A DNA stretch of 64,000 bases, taken from contig CAZTZL010000007.1 in assembly GCA_964617625.1 (NCBI GenBank), positions 1,278 through 65,277 on the forward strand, read 5' to 3'. The notes beneath the pieces were generated by a model. That model searched no databases. It saw only the letters and a list, made by a program, of their open reading frames with translations, and was not told where the DNA came from. This stretch comes from an uncultured bacterium. GTDB lineage: Bacteria > Zhuqueibacterota > QNDG01 > DSAB01. Below, in pieces: positions 40,144-50,300 of the stretch. Position numbers and translations under genes: made by a program. Numbering within the stretch: position 1 is the stretch's first letter; each line of letters starts with the position of its first letter.

Positions 40144-41493
40144 CTATAGATGTCCAACCGGCTGCACTTCTACAAAAGCCTGGCCCGTGACTGATATGCC
40201 CCCCAGTGTTCCCTCAACTGTCCCAAGGCCTTCGTATTTAATCGTGCTTGTTGTGTCAATCACAATCTCCTGGTTTTCTTGTATCATTTTGATGGTAAGG
40301 TCTACCGGCCAGGTCTCTGATTGTAACCGGATGTGGTGCTGCATGAAGTACTGTTGACCGGTGGCCGGGCTTGTCCATATTGTCCCGGGTACCGTTTCAA
40401 TCTCGATTTCATCTATTGCCCATGAATGTACGGCCTTACGTGCGGAGTTGAGTGTCCGTTCACTGTCGTTACGGAAGAGTGTTGCAACCGGGAGGGAACC
40501 AGTCTCGCTTTTAACCTGCAGGACCATAATCGCGGCGTTTTCTTCCGGAAGTTGTATCGCGAAAAAGTCCCAGGACGCGTTGCTAAAAACTTCGCTCGCC
40601 TTTTGATCGTAGGTTTGAACGACGTAATCCATCCACATCGTTCCGTTTGTGCCGCTGCTCAGCAAAACGCTGTCGCGCATAACAGAGAACTGCTCGACGT
40701 CCATCAATGGCAGCGAATAATAGTAAGATCCCTGACAGGACATCGGATCACTGGTGGCATCAAGATAGGCGGGAACCGAGTGGACAGACGATATCATAAT
40801 CTGCTCCCTCTGAGTATCAGTTAAATACTGCGGGAAGAACGATGATGTCCCGTATCCTTGATTGACCACTCCGAACCGGTCGCAAAGCTGTACTTCCACC
40901 TGGAGCCTGACATTTTGTAAGTTGGGAATATCGGCGCTGAGCCGGTAGACGGCATCCGCTGCTCCCATGGTTCCGGAGACGAGTCCCAATGTTATGAGCG
41001 GTCCCGCTTGCAGAGGCGAGTTCAATTCCACGCTCCATGGATCGGGTGTCACGACCATGAGCGGGTCCGCGGCCAGCGTCAAGAAACCTCTGAATATGTA
41101 GGCGCCAAGGGAAGCGCTGTTGAAGCCGACGATGGCCGGAACAATCGGCGCCCGGAACCCGTTATTCGACATCTCGATACGCTGAACAGCGATAAAAAAT
41201 ACACCGATGTCTTCCGGCGCTGCATCATCCACCAGGCTCCCGAAGAAAAACCAGCCGTCGAGGTCGTACTCGAAGTGCTCGGTCGCGAGGAATTCGGCAA
41301 GCTGCTGTGCGCTCTGTGTTTGCGGCAAGTCATGGTCTTGTGTGAAGAACGGGCATCCTGCAGTGGGACCGGGTTGAACGTGTTTATCAGTCAAGATTTC
41401 TTTGATCTTGTTACAACCACTGCCCCAGTAGAGAATGGAAAAAAAGGCTGCTGTACCAACGATTGTAAAAATCATTTTTATTTTTCTGTTCAT
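40144..41493 (-). CDS. AttH/CrtC (lipocalin-like, hydroxyneurosporene synthase family) lipoprotein
   Basis: DGWFFFGSL, YYYSLP, GTMWMD, WDFFAIQL, YEG...VEG..GG..V.G.AFVE; WGSGC lipobox. Confidence 0.62.
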   Translation of the reverse strand: MNRKIKMIFTIVGTAAFFSILYWGSGCNKIKEILTDKHVQPGPTAGCPFFTQDHDLPQTQSAQQLAEFLATEHFEYDLDGWFFFGSLVDDAAPEDIGVFFIAVQRIEMSNNGFRAPIVPAIVGFNSASLGAYIFRGFLTLAADPLMVVTPDPWSVELNSPLQAGPLITLGLVSGTMGAADAVYRLSADIPNLQNVRLQVEVQLCDRFGVVNQGYGTSSFFPQYLTDTQREQIMISSVHSVPAYLDATSDPMSCQGSYYYSLPLMDVEQFSVMRDSVLLSSGTNGTMWMDYVVQTYDQKASEVFSNASWDFFAIQLPEENAAIMVLQVKSETGSLPVATLFRNDSERTLNSARKAVHSWAIDEIEIETVPGTIWTSPATGQQYFMQHHIRLQSETWPVDLTIKMIQENQEIVIDTTSTIKYEGLGTVEGTLGGISVTGQAFVEVQPVGHL

Positions 41494-41613
41494 TAGCATT
41501 ATCTCCATTCTTGAATATTTCCAACGATTTATTTCATCTGGCTCTTAAAGCAAAATGGCCAGAAATTCTCGCTAGATTGTCCCGGGATTTGAAACGGAAT
41601 TTAAACAATGATT

Positions 41614-42594
41614 CTATTTTGTAAGTATCATCTTCCCTTGCTGAATCAGATGATCAGCCTGGAGTTGGTAAATATAGACTCCCGATGATGCCTCAAGTCT
41701 TCTTTCATCTCTTCCGTCCCAAACGACAGTGTGATTGCCTGCGTAAGTGAACATCCCGTTTGCAAGGACGCGCAGCGTGCGTCCCTGTATGTCCAGTATC
41801 TGGAGAGTCACTACTGCGTCGTTCAGGAGAGAATAAGAAATGCTTGTGGATGCATTAAAGGGATTGGGAAAGTTCTGACAGAGTGTGAAACCGCTTGCGC
41901 AAGAACGGGCTGAATTTTCCTTCACACCGGTTGCCGGATAGACCCATGCCAGCGCATTTTCCATTAACTTTTTGCCGTTCACATCATCGCCGCTCCAGTA
42001 ACCGTAGTACCAAGCCTGTAAATCATTGATGTAGACCACACGCCCTGATCCGTACGAGTAGGTTGCTGCGAATACGACCTGGTCGTTCCAAACAATAACG
42101 ACGTGAGCATCGGTTTTCATGACAGAATTTGTTGAGTATCCATCAAAGCTGCACGTTTCCGAAAGACCAGCGCATAGATCGTGACCAGGGTCCACAATCG
42201 TGACACCTGTTCGTTTATCCCATCCGGAACAATTTGAGACAGGATTCGAATTGGCTGTATTGTCAAAAGAACCGGATTGTACAACCCCTTCAAAAATAAC
42301 AAGACCGCCTCCGGCATTAACGAAATCATCCACCACGGCTTCGGGAATGTCCACATCGTTACCGCCCATGAGAATCAGGATGTCATAACCTTCCACATTG
42401 CCCGGAAAGGTGTTGGATTGGGTAACGGCATATCCGAGAGTTGTGAGATGATCCTGCATTTGATCAAGACTCCACGCGGTTGAAGAAGAACCCCATCCTG
42501 TCATCAGAACATTCTGAGCGCTTGTGTTTTGGGAAAACAGGAAGCCCATCAGCACAATGGTTGTAAAAATGATCCGTTTGTATTTTGTGATCAT
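41614..42594 (-). CDS. Secreted protein with GATase-like domain and FlgD/T9SS-type C-terminal tail
   Basis: Signal peptide; YGSGRVVY; QNFPNPFN.ST.ISYSL...V.L.I.DIQG, WDGRD, SGVYIYQL. Confidence 0.72.
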   Translation of the reverse strand: MITKYKRIIFTTIVLMGFLFSQNTSAQNVLMTGWGSSSTAWSLDQMQDHLTTLGYAVTQSNTFPGNVEGYDILILMGGNDVDIPEAVVDDFVNAGGGLVIFEGVVQSGSFDNTANSNPVSNCSGWDKRTGVTIVDPGHDLCAGLSETCSFDGYSTNSVMKTDAHVVIVWNDQVVFAATYSYGSGRVVYINDLQAWYYGYWSGDDVNGKKLMENALAWVYPATGVKENSARSCASGFTLCQNFPNPFNASTSISYSLLNDAVVTLQILDIQGRTLRVLANGMFTYAGNHTVVWDGRDERRLEASSGVYIYQLQADHLIQQGKMILTK

Positions 42595-42743
42595 AATGAA
42601 CCCCCATAGTTAAGTGATGAATGGTCTATTTACTGTTAGCAAAGGCGTGCTTCACCTCCGCTCGTTACAGCGTTATGCATTGAAACAATTAGACCTTTTC
42701 CTATTTACATTCATGGGACACAATCCCAAAGTAAAACTGTTTT

Positions 42744-42953
42744 TCACTGTTTTTCTTTTCCGCCAAGCAGACGGGCAGGGAGAAAGAGGAGCGCTTTCAC
42801 CAATGACAACAGGGCTTCCATGACCGCGCCGAAAATACGGAACGGAATCGACAGCAGCCAAAGAATCGGCCAAAAAATCAGCAATAGCAGAGCTAAGGGC
42901 CAGCAAAGCACAAGAAGAATAACCCATAGAAGGAGAATTAATAGAAATTTCAT
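42744..42953 (-). CDS. Small hypothetical membrane protein
   Basis: 69 aa, highly hydrophobic with a W-P pattern; AAAGGA RBS. Confidence 0.6.
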   Translation of the reverse strand: MKFLLILLLWVILLVLCWPLALLLLIFWPILWLLSIPFRIFGAVMEALLSLVKALLFLPARLLGGKEKQ

Positions 42954-42977
42954 TTTGTTTCCTTTTTGTTGGCAATA

Positions 42978-43190
42978 TTATTTGATCATATTAAAATGTC
43001 GCATTGCACTTGCAATTAATGATACTTTATTATTCGGACATGGATGACATCTAGTAGCGGCTGATTTACGATTAGGAGATTTCTTTGGATTAAGCCCGTT
43101 AATTTCTTTGACATGAGCGATCCAGCATGACTTTACTGATATATGGTAATTTTCTTTAATATAATTTTGGATTTGCTTATAAGTAGCCAT
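42978..43190 (-). CDS. Small basic protein resembling the RlmD/RumA C-terminal extension
   Basis: MATYKQIQNYIKENY...SCWIAHVKE..GL...HPCP..K...I..AMRHF.MI; AAGGA RBS. Confidence 0.6.
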   Translation of the reverse strand: MATYKQIQNYIKENYHISVKSCWIAHVKEINGLNPKKSPNRKSAATRCHPCPNNKVSLIASAMRHFNMIK

Positions 43191-43276
43191 ATAATTTGTC
43201 CTTATTTTAGATATCATTTTAGATTATACGGTAGCAGATCAAACTCTGTTATTTTAACTATATAAATTCAGTAATT

Positions 43277-43837
43277 CTATTCTGAAACTGAGAATACAGC
43301 AGCACCCCAGTAATAGCCATCCGCTTCACTTTTTAAAGAAATATATTTTTTTGTCAGTTTTGATTTACTTGATGATGCATATTTTTCAAAACGATTGGAA
43401 ATTGTTTTACGTGTTTTGGCTTCAGAATATACTGCAACAAAACCATCATGAATTGAATTCTCTTTTTTAACCAGTTGTTTTAAGCGCTTTACATCCGCAT
43501 CAATCACGTTATTTATATAGGAAAATTTTTTTACTTCAATCAAATAAAGAGGTTCCTCCTTTTTGTTCCATACAATAATATCCACCCGTCCGGACGCATT
43601 GCTCCTTGGTGGTCGTCCTCTGCAATCTGAGTGAGAAAAATTCAATATATCTCTCACTGTATCTTCTAATGTGACGAATATTTTTTTGTCCCACTTAAAT
43701 AGAGACTGCGCAATTTTGTATTGTATGAATGATTCCGGTGCATAACATATCCAGTATCCATTTGACCATTCCATATATTCTTTTTGAGCATTTTTAGTGC
43801 CTTTAAGAATTGCTTCATATATTTTTTGGTTAGCCAT
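43277..43837 (-). CDS. Hypothetical PD-(D/E)xK nuclease-fold protein
   Basis: PESF, GRVDIIVW, LIEVKK; AGGAGG RBS; AT-rich. Confidence 0.55.
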   Translation of the reverse strand: MANQKIYEAILKGTKNAQKEYMEWSNGYWICYAPESFIQYKIAQSLFKWDKKIFVTLEDTVRDILNFSHSDCRGRPPRSNASGRVDIIVWNKKEEPLYLIEVKKFSYINNVIDADVKRLKQLVKKENSIHDGFVAVYSEAKTRKTISNRFEKYASSSKSKLTKKYISLKSEADGYYWGAAVFSVSE

Positions 43838-43906
43838 GTTGGTTCCTCCTATATATTTTTCCCTGCAGAGGCTCGGCCTCTACGGAACTGGAAGGATCAA
43901 TCTATT

Positions 43907-44134
43907 TCAACTAAAAATAGCTACAGGAACCGGACGTTTTTTTGTTAAATTTGACTTGTGAAGTTTAATTCTCTCTATCTCATGCAGGGTGTCAGCAGTC
44001 AAATAGCTTTCCCCGCAATGAGAGCATATTACTACGGGCACGTTTTCTATAATTAATATATTTTTACCTTTGCCGTAACTTCTTGTTACATGGCGAATGC
44101 GCGCTTCTTCATGTCCACAAATGTCACAGATCAT
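43907..44134 (-). CDS. YgiT-type zinc finger (MqsA-like antitoxin, no HTH)
   Basis: CDICG, IIENVPVVICSHCGESY. Confidence 0.85.
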   Translation of the reverse strand: MICDICGHEEARIRHVTRSYGKGKNILIIENVPVVICSHCGESYLTADTLHEIERIKLHKSNLTKKRPVPVAIFS

Positions 44135-44144
44135 ATTAACACCT

Positions 44145-44426
44145 TTAAATTTTGTATACAGTGATTATTACCATTTTACCAGTTATACTCATTTTAACTA
44201 TTATTCCCATATCAAGACCAGGAATTGATTTGCCGATAATAGTATATTTCCATTCTCCTGTTTTTGTATCCTTTTTTCGACCGATTATTTTACCGTTTAA
44301 AATACATCTTTCAATATCAAATATTGATAAGTCATCATTGTCCATTTCTTCTTCAGCATGTAATGTCATAACAAATTGATTTGTCCGGATTTTTTCACAG
44401 AATAGTTTAAAGATTCGATCAAACAT
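44145..44426 (-). CDS. DUF4258 protein (putative RelE-like toxin)
   Basis: TLHAEEEM..D.L...DI...I..G.II and VIITVY; directly upstream of the YgiT finger. Confidence 0.82.
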   Translation of the reverse strand: MFDRIFKLFCEKIRTNQFVMTLHAEEEMDNDDLSIFDIERCILNGKIIGRKKDTKTGEWKYTIIGKSIPGLDMGIIVKMSITGKMVIITVYKI

Positions 44427-44485
44427 TAATAATCCTTTTTTTGCCTAAGTATAGTACAATAGCATAATGATATTTCTCATTTATT

Positions 44486-46048
44486 TCAGGACTTAAAACG
44501 CTTTGGGTCGATGCCGTAGTTCATAATTTTATATCCGATGATCCGCTCTGTCGAATTCAAAAGTCTCGCGGCTTTGGCCTGGTTGCCTCTGGTCGATTTC
44601 AGTGCGTCCTGAATCAACTCTTTTTCATAAGCGGCCACGGCATCGTCGAGAGAGAGCTGCGTCAAGGTATTGCTGCTTTCGGCGGTCTGCAGTGTCGGCG
44701 GAAGATGATAGCTGTGGATGACATGGTCCTCGCAGATCAAAACGGCCCGCTCGATGCAGTTCTCCAGTTCCCGGACATTTCCCGGCCAGTGATACCGCAT
44801 CAGGGTGTCGATGGCGGGTGTGGAAATGCGTTTCACCGATTTACCGTGCTGTCTTCCGTATTTCAGCATGAAGTGGTCCGCAAGAAGAAGAATGTCTGTT
44901 TTCCGGTCACGAAGAGGGGGGAGGAAGATGGAAAAAACATTCAAACGATAATAAAGGTCTTCGCGGAATGTGCCTTTGCTCATATTTAATTCCAGGTCCG
45001 CATTGGTCGCGGCGATGACCCGTACATCCACACTGATTTTTTCTGTACCGCCAACCCGTTCGAATTGCTGTTCCTGCAATACGCGAAGGAGTTTGACCTG
45101 AGTCAGCGGGCTCAATTCTCCGACTTCATCCAGAAAAATCGTGCCGCCGTCCGCAATTTCGAACCGGCCTTTCTTCTGGCTGACTGCGCCGGTGAATGCG
45201 CCCTTTTCATGTCCGAAAAATTCAGACTCGATTAAATTTTCCGGAATGGCCGCACAGTTTACGGTAATAAACGGTTTTTCGTTTCGGGTTGAATTATAAT
45301 GAATAGCTTCTGCGATCAACTCCTTGCCCGTTCCCGATTCTCCCCGTATCATGACAGTCGTATTGGTACGGGCCACATGGGTTACCTGTTCGTAGACATC
45401 CCGCATCTCGTGGCTGTTTCCGATGATTTTATGAAAGCTGAATTCATCCTGAAGTTTTTGCCGTAACAACACATTTTCATTGATCAATTTTTCTCTCTCG
45501 CCAGTAATGACATGCTCCACACGAATTGGCTGAAGAAGAGCCGAGGCGACAAGAGTCAAAAATTTTAATGTGCTGTCAAAATCCCGCTTCGGGCTGTAAA
45601 CAAGGCTGACAACAAGCACACCGAGAGTTTTATAATCCAGCTTGATTGGAATACCGATAAAACTCTGTTCTTTGTCCAGTTTGGGATCCCAGGAGCTCAT
45701 CCGGTTTAAAAATAACGGTTCTTTGCTGACCTGGGGGACGATGATCGGTTTCCCTGTCTCTGCAATACGGCCTGTCAATCCTTCCCCGAATTTGTATTCC
45801 GTTTTTGCTACATCGACTCGGTATCCGATCGATGCGGCCATGCTGAGAGATTTGCCATCCTCATTGGTAAGGAGAACGGCGCCGGATTGAATATTGTATT
45901 CATTTTGAAGAATTTGAAGCGTTGCCCGGAGTGAATCACGAAGAACGAGATTACGGCTGACAGCCTGATTGATTTCAATCAGAATGGAGAGATTTTTCAT
46001 GGTTTTATCCGGGGACACTTTTACTGATTTCGAATTTGCATTTTTCAT
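44486..46048 (-). CDS. NifA-like sigma54 enhancer-binding protein (GAF-AAA+-HTH)
   Basis: GAF (GEGLTGRIA..GKP), GESGTGKEL, GAFTGA, FLDE, REDLYYRLNV, WPGNVRELEN, GNQAKAARLL. Confidence 0.93.
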   Translation of the reverse strand: MKNANSKSVKVSPDKTMKNLSILIEINQAVSRNLVLRDSLRATLQILQNEYNIQSGAVLLTNEDGKSLSMAASIGYRVDVAKTEYKFGEGLTGRIAETGKPIIVPQVSKEPLFLNRMSSWDPKLDKEQSFIGIPIKLDYKTLGVLVVSLVYSPKRDFDSTLKFLTLVASALLQPIRVEHVITGEREKLINENVLLRQKLQDEFSFHKIIGNSHEMRDVYEQVTHVARTNTTVMIRGESGTGKELIAEAIHYNSTRNEKPFITVNCAAIPENLIESEFFGHEKGAFTGAVSQKKGRFEIADGGTIFLDEVGELSPLTQVKLLRVLQEQQFERVGGTEKISVDVRVIAATNADLELNMSKGTFREDLYYRLNVFSIFLPPLRDRKTDILLLADHFMLKYGRQHGKSVKRISTPAIDTLMRYHWPGNVRELENCIERAVLICEDHVIHSYHLPPTLQTAESSNTLTQLSLDDAVAAYEKELIQDALKSTRGNQAKAARLLNSTERIIGYKIMNYGIDPKRFKS

Positions 46049-46190
46049 AAGGAGGATACTTTACTTAATATCATTGATTTTATTACAGAATATAAGAAAT
46101 ATATTTTAAAATACAACAACAATGTATCTGTTTTATTCAATCAGTACAATATTGTTATCGCAGTAACAGGTTATATAAAAAAGTATTCAA

Positions 46191-46231
46191 AAAAAAGGCA
46201 AGCAAATAGTTTCCGCATTTGCTTGCCTTTT
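46191..46231 (-). terminator. Intrinsic terminator of the TBDR/PorV operon
   Basis: AAAAGGCAAGCAAAT...ATTTGCTTGCCTTTT perfect stem; long T-run on the minus strand. Confidence 0.8.
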
Positions 46232-46289
46232 AAATTTCCAGGAAATAAAATTAATTTACATGTCAGTACTTATCGCATGTGAATCGTGC

Positions 46290-47309
46290 TTAGAAGCTCA
46301 AACCCAGATTGAACATCTGTACTTCATTTAACAACCCAAAGTCATGATAACCATAATCAATCATGAGTGTTTTGCCAGCCAGTGTATACTGTACCCCTGC
46401 TCCGAAACACAACCCTTCTTCAGAATCTTTGGAAAAGAGAGATTTATAACCGGCTCTTAAGAAAAACATTTGGTTGAATACATATTCACCGCCCACATTT
46501 AAACTTTCCACATCATCGTTGGGATGAAGCGCATCGATAGCCAAGATCAGATTGCTGTTGCCTATTCCTTTTAATACATCCATTGAAACACCGACCCGGA
46601 ACATCAATGGTAAATCGTATTGATCGGTTTTCAGATTGGCATTGATGCTTGGATTGTTTCCTGCGATACCCTGGTTCACATCTACCTGAGTTAACAGATC
46701 GCGACCGTTCATCCGCATTTTGGTGCCGAAGTTGGAAATGCTCATGCCTATTTTCAGTCCCTGAAACTGGGTAGTAAACACGGTTCCGACATCCAGGGCC
46801 ACTCCGGTTGCAGTGCAGTGATAGATTTTTTGGTAGATATATTTCACATTGAGACCGATGGCGAAACGGTCGGTGAGATTCCGTGCATAGCTAAGTCCAA
46901 AAGCATAATCTCCCGCGCTGAATTTTTCACCGGTGCCATCCGGATATAGCTCCGTTGTTCTTTCCATATCATCCATGCTCAGGAAAGTGGCATTTAATCC
47001 AATCGTACCCATGTTGCCGAGAGGCGCTACGAAAGCAGCATAATTGAATGATACATCAGCGATCCATCGGGTATGGCTGAATAGAGCTTCCGACTGAACC
47101 AATTGCGCCATCCCGGCAGGATTCCAGTACATTGCTGTGATATCATCTGCAATTGAGACAAAGGCACCTCCCATACCGACGGCTCTGGCTCCCACATCGA
47201 TATTCAGAAATGGAGCCGCAGTGGTTCCTGTTTTGGTTACATCTCTCGCAACGAGAGATGTGCTCAGGACCATCATGACTCCCAATAGCAGTGCGATATA
47301 TCGTTTCAT
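46290..47309 (-). CDS. PorV/PorQ-family (UPF0164) outer-membrane beta-barrel
   Basis: FLNIDVGARAVGMGGAF, YWNPAG, D.GTVF, LP..FRVG, C-terminal LGLSF. Confidence 0.82.
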   Translation of the reverse strand: MKRYIALLLGVMMVLSTSLVARDVTKTGTTAAPFLNIDVGARAVGMGGAFVSIADDITAMYWNPAGMAQLVQSEALFSHTRWIADVSFNYAAFVAPLGNMGTIGLNATFLSMDDMERTTELYPDGTGEKFSAGDYAFGLSYARNLTDRFAIGLNVKYIYQKIYHCTATGVALDVGTVFTTQFQGLKIGMSISNFGTKMRMNGRDLLTQVDVNQGIAGNNPSINANLKTDQYDLPLMFRVGVSMDVLKGIGNSNLILAIDALHPNDDVESLNVGGEYVFNQMFFLRAGYKSLFSKDSEEGLCFGAGVQYTLAGKTLMIDYGYHDFGLLNEVQMFNLGLSF

Positions 47310-47364
47310 GTTTGTGCTCCTTTATGAAGAATGATTAATGAATTCCTTTCATCAAATCATGCTG

Positions 47365-50300
47365 CTATTTAATCACAGCGAATTTTCCGATTTTATTGCC
47401 GACACCCGGTGCGTCGATGTGATAAATATAAACACCGTATGCGATATCCAGATCGTCTTTGGTCCGCAGATCCCATACGGCTCCTCCGTCGGCGAGATCT
47501 TCGGTTTCATGTTCTATCGTATCAACCAATTGTCCCCGCATGTTGAAGATTCGAATCGTGCATTTCGAAGGCAAATGGGTAAAGTGAATGACTCGCGGAC
47601 CACGACCCGTTGCATACGGATTTTCCCCTTCCCATGAGTTGGTCACAATGTAGGGGTTGGGTACCACATTAATTCGATTCATCTGGTTTTTCGCCAGGGT
47701 TTTATCGATTGATTTCCCGTGCATTGTAAATTCGAAAACATCATTGGCAAGGAATGGATTGTTGAAAGTGAGAATTAATGTGTCCCCGGGAGCCGGACTG
47801 ACGTTTGCTGTGTCGGTGGACAGTCTTAAAAGCGATAACATCCAGCCAGCGATGTTGACACCTTCTTCGTCCAGTGAATCGGAAAGGAACATGATTTCGT
47901 CGGTTTTACTCCCTGCTGTTTTAGTTGTAAATTTTCCGGCATCCTCTGGTGTCGCGACATCCTGTTCCCTAAAAGCGAATTTGATTTTTTGGTTGTTCGC
48001 TTTGGTATCGAGAATGGTAAAGTTGACCGGGATAGCCGGTAAAGGATCCTGATGATTGCTTTTTCTGAACCAGCTGGTGGAAGTATCGATTCCGACTTCA
48101 CCCATGATGAGCATGTAATCGCTCGATTCGAGATATCTTTCTTTACCGCTCTGGTTGAAGGCTTGCACTCTGGGTGAATCGATATTCGCATGGTTCCAGC
48201 CGGAAACGCTCGCATCCGGATTGTAGTCCAATTGGGTGATTCCCAGGTCATCAAATGTCAGTTTGAATCCGTTAATGACAGGAACTTCGTCTCCCAAATG
48301 GAACATCGTGCTTCGGTTGATGAGTGTATCGATATTGTTTTCATCGGTTACATTCAACAACGAGAAGTTTTTGGTTGCAGGATAATCCCGGTTTCCGATG
48401 GCAGTATCTTGAAAAACGATGTGGTATGTGGCATCAATTACTGAGTCCGCATCGACAACCGTCACATTTACCAATCCGTCAGCAGTGCCACTCCGATGCA
48501 CCACAGAGTCTTTATCAGCTTTCACATACCCTGCCGAAGGTGCTTCCGGTTTGATCATTACGACATTTTTACCCAATCTGTATTTTTCGGTGACCGGATC
48601 TCTCGATATGGATTTATTGCACTCTGAAGGAGCGATACCGTTAACGAGATCACCGTGATCGTATGCTGTGACCGCATAGAAATAGGTAAATCCGTTCAGA
48701 GCGGTTGTATCTATCCAGGTATGGACCAGGCCGCTGTTGGTGCCGTAATTCCAGTGCACACCGCGTACATTGAGAGGGCATACACCTGAGTATTCGTTAT
48801 CCAAGTCAAACTGTGCAAGGGGTTTCCGGTACTGAGTGGGGGTGCCGTTATAATCGGTCAGTATTGGCATATCGCCCCATTGATCGTCCGTGGACCGGTA
48901 GATGGCGTATCCCTCAAAATCTTTGCCCGTAATTGGATCGACCGATTCTTCGGCAAAGCTGTCCCAGATTAGTGTCACACGGTTGTCGCCGGCGATGGCT
49001 CTGACAGTGGGAGCGCTGGGAGCTTTGGAAAAATTATAATTTTCGTGATAGGCCCTGGAAAACCAGAATTTGTTTTCAATCAGATCGGCTTCATCCCAGC
49101 CGCACATCAGTGCCATTGAGAAACGTTCTGTTTGATCGGGTTTGAGAGGGAAATATCCGGAACTGAAAAACAATTCGATATTGTCGTTTTCGAGGTGATC
49201 ATCAAAGACACCGGGCAGTGCATTATTCCAGACAAGTTCATCTTCCCAGTGGGGCATATCCGGCCACCGATAAAGTGTAAATCCTGTCAGGCCGAGCATG
49301 TCGCTTTCATCGATGTCCGTTTTATCAAAATGTGGTTCACCGGCCGTCATTAAACCGTCGCCTTCTCCAATATCCGGTCCGGGATAGCCGGGATCACTTG
49401 GACCCAGACCATCTGCACCGACATCGTCAAACGTCGGATTCCAGTCTCCATCGTTATCAATACCGTCGTCCCGTCTTTCATCGATCAGAATATTATCGTC
49501 CCATGTTTCCGGATCAGCGAAATAATCAACGTATTTGTTTCCTTTTCCCGTAGTTTCATCAATGTAAAGATATTTTTGAATCGGCGGATCACCAATCAGC
49601 GACCCGTTGTTTTCATCGATAAGTCCATTGAGATTATTATCGACGAGATCATTCGGAGTTTCTTGAATGACTTTACCTGCATAGTATTTTATTTTCTGAT
49701 CCTGATATCGAACAATCAAGGTATCGCTTCCAAGAGCGTTCAATGTGTCCTGAAGCGTCACTACTTTTCTTTTATAGGTATTGTAATTTATAAGCACGAT
49801 TTTCGAATTTAAATTCAATGTAGAGGTTGCCTCTAACATTGCCTCTGAAAGTTCGGGTCCGGTTCCCTCTGAAGCGTCATAGTCGTTATCGATTCCATCG
49901 TAGGGGTTTCCCGGGCTTTCCAGAAAAGCCGCTCCAAAATATCCAACCGGGTCGGGTCCCCAATCCGGGGCCTTGTCATCGTCGTAATCGTAAAGATAAG
50001 CCAGGCCTTCCTCTTTGAGGTACTGGCCCGCGTCGTCTTCACCTTCACTTGCGTAATTGTTCTCTGTTTCTCCGACATTGTTCCCGATTTTAAAGGCATA
50101 GACCAATTTATTATGTTCGTGTGTACCGATGTTTTTGATATCCATCAGTGTGAATAATCCGTCATCCACCAGTGCATTGTTCCACTGAAAACCACGGCAG
50201 TACATGCGCAGCCCCAGACCTCTCCGCAGAGAGTCGGTACTGTCAGGATAGAAAGCAAACTCGTTGTTGGCATAATCATCCGAAACGAAGTAACTTTCTT

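Noticed and set aside
44440-44467. TTATGC / TTAGGC hexamers upstream of the TA pair as a cassette core site
   Set aside because: 6-bp matches are expected by chance and no complementary R'' follows the YgiT gene
44486-46048. Evidence of nitrogen fixation
   Set aside because: Only a NifA-like regulator is present; no nifH/D/K or other nif genes in the window
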